This document shows, in pieces, positions 53,695-64,000 of a stretch of 64,000 nucleotides of DNA. The position numbers and the translations under genes were made by a program. This stretch comes from Chrysomallon squamiferum (taxonomy: Eukaryota; Animalia; Mollusca), in contig CM022665.1 of the NCBI GenBank assembly GCA_012295275.1, positions 45,260,001 to 45,324,000 on the forward strand. The letters are read 5' to 3'. Under the pieces are notes generated by a model. The model was given only the letters and a program-made list of their open reading frames with translations, did no database searches and was not told the origin of the DNA. Each line of letters begins with the position of its first letter. Within the stretch, counting starts at the first letter, position 1.

Positions 53695-54320
53695 CTGTGT
53701 AAATTTAACAAAAAAAGTCTGTCATTTAAAAAAATGACGTAAGACAAAAACAAAAAAAACATCAGAAATGAGATAGCATTTCGAAAAAAAACAACATTTG
53801 TGTATGAAATTACTATTAAAAATAAGAATTTACCAGTGCAGCTGACACTAATTCATATGAAACCTTTGATAATACAAAATGTGTAGATGCATGTATGTGT
53901 GTGTGTGTGTGTATGCATATATGTCAATTAGTGCATGTTGTGTGGATGTACGAGTGTGTGTGAGCATGTACATGTGCATGTGTATGTATGCATGCATGTA
54001 TGTGTGTATCATTAAATCTGGGTGGTTAGTGCATGCAAATGCATTCGTGCATTATGCAAGTTTAGAATGCATTAAAAGAAATAATATATCCAATGACACA
54101 AAATTCTGAATGTTTTACGAATGAACAAGTCAAGAATTACCGACATTCAAAAGAGAGACTTTTAAATTACTTTCACACACACAGAGACACACAGACACAC
54201 ATGCACACACAATACATACAATAAAAAAAACTTCAGTGAAATTATTACACATATATGCTGTATTCAAATTCATACATTTTCACATGTGAAAAAAAAAAAT
54301 TACTTCAATAATTTCACCGA

Positions 54321-54355
<35 letters not shown>

Positions 54356-54599
54356 AAATTTAGATATTTAATTAACTTGAAACTTGTATTTACAGAAGTG
54401 TGAACTTCACATGTAACTCCAGACTTTTTGACTCAATATTAACCTTTTAAAAAAAGAGATTTTTCTCTTCAGGCTTACAGGAGCCGCCAGTTATATCCCA
54501 TGAACCAAAGCTAATGATACACATTAAATCATTTTCACTCGACTGCTTGACAAAAATAATCTGAGTTATTTATACACAGGGCAAATATATATTTTCGCA

Positions 54600-55345
54600 T
54601 TACTTGATACGAGGTGAAAATATCAATTGACTGCATAGTGAAAATGTGTTGTCACTATTCTTGACTGCATGGTAAAAAAATGTGTCACTTTACTTGACTG
54701 CATGGTAAAAAATGTGTTGTCACTTTTCTTGACTGCTTGGTAAAAAATGTGTTGTCACTATTCTTGACTGCTTGGTAAAAAATGTGTTGTCAAATTACTT
54801 GACTGCATGGTAAAAAATGTGTTGTCACTTTACTTGACTGCTTGGTAAAAAATGTGTTGTCGCATTACTTGATTGACTGAAAAAATGTGATGTCACTTTA
54901 CTTGACTTTTTGGTAAAAAATGTGTTGTCATTATTTGACTGCATGGTAAAAAAATGTGTCACTTTACTTGACTGCACGGTAAAAAATGTGTTGTCACTTT
55001 ACTTCACTGCTTGGTAAAAATGTGTTGTCGCATTACTTGACTGTTTGGTAAAAAATGTGTTGTCACTTTATTTCACTGCTTGGTAAAAATGTCTTGTCGC
55101 ATTACTTGATTGATTGGAAAAAATGTGATGTCACATTACTTGATTGATTGGAAGAAATGTGATGCACTTTTCTTGACTGCATGGTAAAAATGTGTTGTCA
55201 CTTTTCTTGACTCCATGGTAAAAATATTGTCATTTTACTTGACTGCATGGTAAAAATATGTTATCATTTGACTTGACTGGATGGTAAAAATTGCTTGACT
55301 GCATTATAAAATTGTACCACCAATTTTATTGACTGACTGCATGGT
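54600..55345. repeat. About 35-bp minisatellite, about 20 copies, in SYAP1 intron
   Basis: Unit ACTTGACTGCATGGTAAAAAATGTGTTGTCACTTT, degenerating at both ends. Confidence 0.95.
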
Positions 55346-55691
55346 CACAATAATTTCACTTTGCTCTACATGGCATGTATGTCCAAATATTGTCACTTTG
55401 TCTGACTTCATGATGCAAATATTGACTTCTACTGATGGTAATGTCTTCAGATGAAAACCTGAATCAGTCACGTTCACCTGACAGAATTTGTTCATGTCAT
55501 GAAGACTTTGCAAAGAGAGGTCTCTGTATTTTGTCTAAGCATTAACTGTTATTGTTATCATCAGCTTATGTGTGCCATTTGTAACGAAGCAGTGTTTATC
55601 GAGAATTCGTCAAGGATAAATGCCATTTCCAAGCCTGCTCTTTTAACGTGCCAAACAATAGGAATATATATATACTTGAATAATGTGTGTG

Positions 55692-55850
55692 TTTTATGCA
55701 TGTATGTGCACAAGTGTGTGTGTGTGTGTGTGTAAAACAGTATTTAACAGAAAAAAGATGAAAAATGTTTCCATATTTTATGCATGTATGTGCACAAGTG
55801 TGTGTGTGTGTGAAACAGTATTTAACAGAAAAAAGATGAAAAATGTTTCC
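55692..55850. repeat. Tandem duplication of about 80 bp containing (TG)n
   Basis: TTTTATGCATGTATGTGCACAAG(TG)n..AAACAGTATTTAACAGAAAAAAGATGAAAAATGTTTCC occurs twice. Confidence 0.88.
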
Positions 55851-55926
55851 TCATTATAACAAGAGATACATACAATAAAAATCTGCAGATAAAACAATAA
55901 AATACTAATAATTTAAAAATACCCCT

Positions 55927-55979
<53 letters not shown>

Positions 55980-57821
55980 AAAATAAAAAAAAATAAAACC
56001 ACTCTCTAGGAATAATACAATTAACATTCAGCTGTCAGTTTGTTTCATCTATCATTGTTTGGGAAGTCTGTTGTGAAATTAACAGAAACATAAATAAATA
56101 GTTTTATAATTTTATCTTTCTATGAAAAGACATGTTTGCTCTCTCTCTCTCTCTCTCTCTCTAGCTCTCTCTCTCCATGCATAATCATCATCATATTTTT
56201 AATAATAATAATAAAAAAATAATAATAATAAAAATAATATAACAAAACTGGTCATAATCATGACAATACAGAGATACATAAAAACGGCAGGGTGAATGAA
56301 AGGTTTTTCATAAAATAAAAAAAAGTTTACAGAATTAAAACATGCAGGCACCTCACAACAGCTGTGCAGGTTATAAAAACACCTCTAATCAGAAACACAT
56401 CTAAACACACTGTGTGTGTAAATATAGGCTGACCTTGACAAAGGCTCACTGTTACTCATACATGGAATATTATCTATGTACTATAAAAATGGGACAATCT
56501 AACAGGTTCATCTTTAAGCAATGGAAAATGTCACGTGTTTTATACAGTGTGTGTGTGCGTGCGTGTGCTTGTGCATGCAAATGAGCTTTCGTCAGCACGT
56601 CTTGCTTATTTCAGAAATGAAAATTAGGTGTTTAATTGTACTTGTAAAAATGACACAAATAATAATAATAATAATAATAATAATGTTAATAATAAAAAAT
56701 AATGATGATGATGATGAATATAATAAAATAATAATAATAATTACTAATAATAATAATAATTGTAGTAACTACAACAACAATGTTAAATAATGATGACATT
56801 AACAACAACAACAAACACTCAAACAGAAACACAAACAACAAAAATCTCCCGCTAAAATTCCGCACAGATCAAATTCATGCCTCTCTGCACTGTCTGTACT
56901 AAGATATACTATTTCACGTCTGGGTTATCTTGAACAATACGTAAAACAAAGCGTAACCATCTCTCTCTCTCTCGTGTGTTGAACAATATGAGACATGTAA
57001 ACTCTAGCTAAAGTAGTAACTGTTGTTAACATTTGTGGCAAACACAAACCCAAGACTGGTTACAGTATAGAATGTTTAGTGCATTGCAGTCAGGCTGCCT
57101 GAATGTTGATGTAATCAGTGTTCGTAATTAAGTGCTGTTGCTCTGTTTTTGGATTATTATCGCTGAATAAATGTTTACTTGAGAGAACTTATTTTTTTTG
57201 AAAAAAAACAATATACTCTCTTTATTTATTTTTTTTTTTTTTTGGAATATAATTTGTGTGTTGCTCAGTTTAGTATTATGGGGACTGAATAAAATGGACA
57301 CTGGGAAAAATTTATTTTTATCAAAATTTAATATATACACTGTTTATTTTTTTTCCCTGTAACTTTTTGCTGTTATAATATTTACATTATGGGCTGGATA
57401 AATGCTTAGTGAGAAAAACTTACTTTTATGGAAATGTAATATAATATACACTCTTAATTTTTTTTTTAATTTATTATTTGTATGTTGCTCGTTTTGCTAA
57501 AAACGTTATTATTTTACTGATAATTTTAATATGTATGCTCTTATTCTATCTTCACCAGATTCACTTCCTGTACATTTGATTAATCCATTCTATCTAGTTT
57601 ATTTTTTTTTTAACAGATACATCTAGCCAAAAAAAAAAAGGTCCTCTAGGCCTCTATTTTACCTCTCCTAATCACAACAACAAACCAAAACATACACCCC
57701 TTCAACATGTTTGTTTGCTCAGTGCACTTTTGGAGTAATTCAGCCTTGACATCAATCTCATATTTATAGACGATGAAGCCACAAAGTGCACCCCCACCTC
57801 TGCTTTTTTTTTTTTATCACA

Positions 57822-57854
<33 letters not shown>

Positions 57855-58008
57855 TCAAATATTCTATACCTAAACTTCATTATAAAACGGGAAGACAAGT
57901 TCATTATTCGTGACTCGAAAAGAAATTTAATTTCACACATTCTGTAAGTGAATGGAATGAATGAATGTGGTGAGTGTGTGTTCAAATAGACGGTTGTTTA
58001 GTTGGTTC

Positions 58009-58222
58009 AAGTGGTGGGATATAACAACATTTGCATAGCTAATGAATGAACGTTTGTATGCAAATGCAGCACACTCGTAGACCAGAAGTCATTGTGACAA
58101 AAATACACATAAAGTACATACAACCCATTTGTGTGTGTGTGTGTGTGTGTGTATGTGTAAATAGCTGTTGACCTTAGGTATAAATAGCTGCTTTATATTA
58201 CTTCAATGTTGCGTAATAATAA
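58009..58222. repeat. About 210-bp dispersed direct repeat, copy 1 (copy 2 at 63754-63973)
   Basis: Near-identical AAGTGGTGGGATA.AACAACATTTGCATAGCTAATGAATGAACGTTTGT..CCAGAAGTCATTGTGACAAAAATACACATAAAGTACATA followed by (TG)n. Confidence 0.92.
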
Positions 58223-58462
58223 CTGCTTTGCAATGAAGTAATTACTTCAGTGTTATTTATAAATAACTGTTTTGCATTGAAGTTATTACTTCAGTGTTAT
58301 TATTTTGATGTTATTTATAAATAACTGTTTTGAACTGAAGTTGCTACTTTGACATTATTTATAAATAACTGCTTTACATTAAAGTTATTACTTCAATGTC
58401 GTGTAATAATAACTGTTTTGCACTGAAGTTATTACTACACTGTTTTATAAATAACTGTTTAA
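58195..58462. repeat. Degenerate 40-45-bp tandem repeat
   Basis: Recurring AATAACTGYTTT..TGAAGTTATTACTTCAGTGTTATTTATA. Confidence 0.8.
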
Positions 58463-59419
58463 ACAATAACAAAAATTAAATTTAAAAAAAAAAGGCAAAT
58501 AATAATAAATATAAAAATAATAATTATAATAATAACATGAAACCTGAATTTCTAAATTCACTGAGTGCACATAAGCAACTTCTAACAAAGTTAAATTCAC
58601 TTTCTTGTTGTTTAATTTTTAATTTTTTTTTTTTTTTTAAAAACAGAAACTTTCTTAGAGAAGTGTACTGCATAACACCAATTAAGAGACATTTGTCTAA
58701 CAAGCTTCATAAATTCTGTACAGCCAACACGTGAATTCAATAATTTAATCATAGCAGGATGTGAAAAACAACAGTAATGACTCTTTTTTTTTTTTTTTCT
58801 TTTTTTTCTTTTTTTTCTCTCTGACACAACAGCTGTGAAAAGTTAAAACTGTATAGAAGTAGGAGTAGATAATGCTTTGCAAATCTAAATGCAAGGAAAT
58901 GCAAGGCAGTGTTATGTTTCATAAAGTGCAAGTAAGTAAAAACATGTTCAGTTTTCATAAGGTGACTGGATCAACTGAAGACTTTCCTTTCCCCATTTTT
59001 TCCAAACAAAACAAATAAAAACAAAGAAAAACAATCATGGAAAGAGTAAAGGGAGTGAAGGGAGATAATAAATGGCTAATAAATGCATGTGCACACACAA
59101 ACAAAAATAATGTCCTTGAGACTGTGTTTATGTAGTAAGCCATTGTTTATATAAATATAGGACGTTACTGAAATACATGTTGATACTCCCATTATCCAAA
59201 ATATTTCAAAAACTTTTTTTTTTTTTTTTTTTTTTCTTTTTATTCTTCTACAAAGCAAATTGTAACTTATCTTATCTCATTTGTTACAAGTTTTATTGTT
59301 ACAAAATAAACCTTGCTGACTTTTTATGGTCTGTCATCTATAATTTATGTTGGCTTTCACAAGATACAAAGACACAGAAATAGTAAAAAGTGAGAGAAAA
59401 AGTACAATAGAGGTACAAG

Positions 59420-59480
<61 letters not shown>

Positions 59481-60353
59481 CAGATAGCAGAATAAAAAGA
59501 AAGACAGATGACAAAGAGATAGAAAGTAAGACATTCAGAGAGAAGAAAAGAGATACAGATTCAGAAAGAAAGAAGAAAACAAACAAAACAACAAAACAGT
59601 GAGGACAAGAAGATCAAAACCAGACAGCTAAAACACTGATACACGTACTATTTTATTAATTAAGCCGCTACAATGCTTAACTAAAATCAGCTCAGACCAG
59701 TTAAACAACAACACCACCACCACCACAAACCACAAACCACACACACACACAACATACTTTCACACACACAGGCCTTCATCTGTGTCTCTGCCTGCAATTT
59801 CTACATACGCTTTATATCAACGAGATCAATTGACTTTTATCCCAAACGAAACAAACAAACAAACGAGAGAGAGAAAGAGCAACACGAGCTATTAACAAAT
59901 CTGGTGTCAGATGTAAGAATACAATTCATCCTGAGATGAGGTATTTTTGACAACACAAAGCCCTGCTGCTGCTGCTGCTGATGATGCTGATGTTGCTGAG
60001 CTTTACGGTGACAGAATTTCTTCTAATTCCCGTATCAGACATAGGACGAGCTCAAGCTGATTTCCTCACAGCTGCCAAAGTGGAAAATAAGAGTGCACTT
60101 TATTGATTAACAAAAAAAAAGAATCTTGGTTTGGCAGGCCGCCAGATACTTTTCCTTAGTGCAGTGTGTGTGTGTTCAGCTTTTCAACTTGGCAGTCAAC
60201 AGAAAACTCCAGCCCAGTCCAGTCCAGCACAGAACAGCACAGCACAGCAGACCCAGTCTGTTATGAGCATTGCCACAACAGTGACCCCCAAGGAAAATGG
60301 TTTCAGTTGTGGAATAAATTTTGATCCTTTGTGATAAATGATTTTTATTTATT

Positions 60354-60432
<79 letters not shown>

Positions 60433-60985
60433 TTTTTATTTTTTATTTATTATAATTATTATATAATTTTTTTTTTTTTTTTTTTTTTTTTAAAAGCTGT
60501 TGTGATTACGGCATAAATTTTATACAGTAATTTAATATCCTCGTGATTTATGTTTTAATTTAATTTTTTTGTACCCTGTAAATTTTTACATGACAATATA
60601 GACGCCATTATACTAATAAACAGACTGCTGGCATACCAATTATTAAAAACAACAGACATAAAATACTTAATTTCACTTTGACACATCAGACTCTATACTG
60701 TACCCATGTCAAGAGAGTTTAATGCATCAGATTAAGAAATCAGCAAAAAAAATTTTTTTTAGCCAGGTAAAGAACCATGACTCTGTTTGCGTGACAAACA
60801 TGCTTAAACCATTAAATTCTTATTCCACCTGTACCTGCGACTAACAAAGTTTCTTAACCATGAAATATATCTTACTGCACCTAATTCTGCAGAAGTTGTA
60901 ATGTCATAAACCCTGAGGTTACAATAATAATAATAATAATAATAATTAAAAATATATTTAAAAAAAAATTGAATACAAGTACATT

Positions 60986-61560
60986 AAAGTTGTACCCACA
61001 TCACCTACACCTGAAATAATAAACTGGATAGATGGCAATCAAAGTTGTACCCATGTCACATACACCTTATTATAATAAACTGGATACAAGACAAATCAAA
61101 GTTGTACCCACATCACATACACCTAATTATAATAAACTGGATACATGACAAAGTAAAGTTGTACCCACATCACACACACCTAATTATAATAAACTGGATA
61201 CATGACAAATCAAAGTTGTACCCATGTCACATACACCTAATTATAATAAACTGGATACATGACAAATTAAAGTTGTACCCATGTCACACACACCTAATTA
61301 GAATAAACTGGATACATGACAAATTAAAGTTGTACCCATGTCACATACACCTAATTATAATAAACTGGATACATAACAAATTAAAGTTGTACCCATGTCA
61401 CACACATCTAATTATAATAAACTGGATACATGACAAATCACAGTTGTACCCATGTCACATATACCTGAAATAACAAACTGGATACATGACAAATCAAAGT
61501 TGTACCCATGTCACACACACCTAATTATAATGAACTGGAAACAAGCCCATTAAAGTTGCA
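60986..61560. repeat. 57-bp minisatellite, about 10 copies
   Basis: AAAGTTGTACCCATGTCACATACACCTAATTATAATAAACTGGATACATGACAAATC; units start at 61041, 61098, 61155, 61212 and onward. Confidence 0.95.
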
Positions 61561-61880
61561 CGAGTACCTTATTTACACAAATACTTGAAATATTAAACAC
61601 ATACATACATACATACATACATATACATACATACATACACATATACACACACACACACATTAAAATATATATACATAATACATACACACACATACAAAAT
61701 ACATGTATACATTTGTCTATATATAAACAACACATAGATACACACATCTACACACACAGCCACACGCACACACACACACATTCTTATTATCAATCTGGCT
61801 TCCTCTCTCTATATCTGTATACACACAAACAAACACACACACAGATGTACACTCATACTTTCTCTCTCTCTCTCTCTCTA

Positions 61881-61939
<59 letters not shown>

Positions 61940-62121
61940 GCACACACACACAATCTAACACACAATCTATCTGTATCTAACACTTCACTTTATCACTGCA
62001 GTGACACACTAATCTACATTTTTCTCTAATCCCAAGAGTTGCGCACGTCACTGGAGTTTATTTAAATCTTATGTCAGAGTGGCCTCAATCAATGTCAAAC
62101 TTCTATCAATAATAACCAGCA

Positions 62122-62310
62122 GACGCAGAATATAGCTCAGTGGTTTTACAAACGGCCTTGAAAGCCAGAGCGACTCGCAAGATCAATAATCCTTGCAGCA
62201 GCTGTTAAGACTATTTCCTGTTCCTGCTGGTGCCCCCCAAGCCACTGTGTACTGAAATCACTGACCTTTCCAGACTCTGGGACGGTGCACGTTAAGAATA
62301 CTTTCTGCTT
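62122..62310 (+). mobile_element. Degenerate tRNA-derived SINE
   Basis: Good A-box TAGCTCAGTGG (62133-62143). The body motifs CTATTTCCTGTTCC and GACGGTGCAC have related fragments at about 21350-21450 (+) and about 33518-33580 (-). Confidence 0.5.
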
Positions 62311-62893
62311 CCAGTTATTTAAGACCTGATTTGGAAAAGAATGTTATTGTGAAGTGAAACCCACATCAGATGTATTCTGATGGAAAAATGCTAGAAATAA
62401 TCCAGACTCACATCTTAAGATGATGAATTAGCTGTGAGAATAGCTATTAAAAAATGTACACAATTCAGGATTGATTTTCATGGTATACAATAAAGATTGT
62501 GTAATACATGTAAGTAATAATAACAATGGATTAGTAAATGAAATAACACAGATATATATATATATATTTACAGATCAGTGATTATTGGTAAACAAGAATT
62601 CAAAGACAAATGAGACATGTCAGTGTTGAGTCAACTAATCAATAAAATAATCAATTGTGATAACAAAATACATAAAACATTGACAATATAATCAATGAGG
62701 CAAAAATAACTAGCAATTTAAAAATTAAAAAAGGTAATAATGATATATCAAAAATTATGATAATAATAATAATAATGTTGATGATGATGATGATGATGAC
62801 AATGATATTAATAATGATGGTGATGATGATAATAATAATAATAAAATAATACTAAGAATAATAATAATAAGTAATAGCAACAACTGGTGTAAC

Positions 62894-62927
<34 letters not shown>

Positions 62928-63520
62928 TTAATAAAAATAAAAATAACAACAACAAGAACAACAATAAGAATAAAAATAAAAATAAGAATAAAAAATTAAG
63001 TAACTCAGCAGGGTATGCAGTGATTAAGTAATCATTCAGTAAACAGTCGACAAGTCCAGATTCTCAGTGAGTGTGTCACTGGAGAAAACAACAACAAAAA
63101 ATTTAATACTATCGTTACAGTCATACATAACACACAACATACAACATACTTCGAACCATAGAATTAAACTATAATGTGAAGATTATTATTATTATTATTA
63201 TTATTATTTTTAGTTTGCTGATAGAATGGTAGATTTGGTTATTTTCTAAAAAAAAAATAAAAAACAACAAACAATAATATTACATTAATTATACATGTTC
63301 TAGGTCATCCTGCGCACCTGCACCAACTTTAATTCAGCTTGGTTGCGGTTGCATTAAACCAGGCTATGTCATTTTATTACATAAACTCTCAGACTGTTTT
63401 AGGCACCAAAAGCTGGGCAATCAAAGTCTTGAAGGGACAGAGCAGAAGTTGAAAAACAACACATTCAATATAAAAAACAAATTAAAAAAATACCCAGCAA
63501 TAAAGATAAATATCAGTACA

Positions 63521-63715
63521 CCGGCTGATGCACTGGTTAGGTATGAATGATTAGGTTCTGGGTTCAAATCCTCATACCAGACCCATGGCAAACAGGATGT
63601 GGTGGGTCTATTTCTTCATCTCTTTTCTGACCAGTGTTCTAACAAACTGACATATGGTTAATTGTCAAATACTCTGAATAGCTTTCAGAACAGTTTTGAT
63701 CTAATTAAATAAAAC
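63521..63715 (+). mobile_element. Degenerate tRNA-derived SINE (probably a second family)
   Basis: Decayed A-box TGATGCACTGG (63526), consensus B-box GGTTCAAATCC (63561), A-rich end. Confidence 0.45.
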
Positions 63716-63753
63716 TGTGCCAGTAAACAACATGTTTATTTTCTGGTTTTTAT

Positions 63754-63973
63754 AAGTGGTGGGATAAAACAACATTTGCATAGCTAATGAATGAACGTTT
63801 GTGTGCAAATGCAGCACATTTGTAAACCAGAAGTCATTGTGACAAAAATACACATAAAGTACATATAACCACTTGTGTGTGTGTGTGTGTGTGTGTGTCT
63901 ATACAGCTGTTGACATTGTTTATAAATAGCTGCTTTATAGTAACATTATTACTTCGATGTTGCATAATAATAA
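63754..63973. repeat. About 210-bp dispersed direct repeat, copy 2
   Basis: Aligns by eye with 58009-58222. Confidence 0.92.
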
Positions 63974-64000
63974 ATTTACATATAAAAGCAAAATTTTATA

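Noticed and set aside
54600-55345. CRISPR-like periodicity
   Set aside because: Head-to-tail repeats without unique spacers; eukaryotic intron; no cas genes.
61000-61020. Minus-strand attatttcag-GTGTAG-gtgatg as a 6-nt microexon or recursive splice site
   Set aside because: Arises from a variant minisatellite unit; no independent support.
61045-61473. 142-aa His/Cys repeat ORF
   Set aside because: Translation of the 57-bp minisatellite, antisense within an intron, with no start context.
62122-62200. tRNA gene
   Set aside because: A-box present but no intact B-box or cloverleaf; continues into SINE-like body.

Overview
AT-rich, microsatellite-dense animal genomic DNA. It is probably an invertebrate, and mollusc-like by impression only; the species cannot be determined. 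Four protein-coding genes were reconstructed by hand from splice sites and conserved protein motifs. (1) The last six exons of a JIP1/MAPK8IP1 orthologue (+, 875-4727; end of SH3 plus PTB domain, ending PTEDIYIE). (2) A complete five-exon TMEM9-family gene (-, 15916-11078). (3) An intronless headcase/HECA CDS (-, 28134-26566, 522 aa). (4) The 3' exons of SYAP1/Sap47 (-, 53694-46407). Nearly all other ORFs in the supplied track are microsatellite or minisatellite artefacts. Best leads: a short SYAP1 alternative exon (51663-51727) giving a paralogous WEK-motif C-terminus, with a long strand-specific hairpin directly before its acceptor; a TGA-C stop plus stem-loop after headcase that recalls Drosophila hdc readthrough; duplicated decoy splice acceptors upstream of the TMEM9 transmembrane exon; and a sharply bounded CpG-rich domain around headcase.
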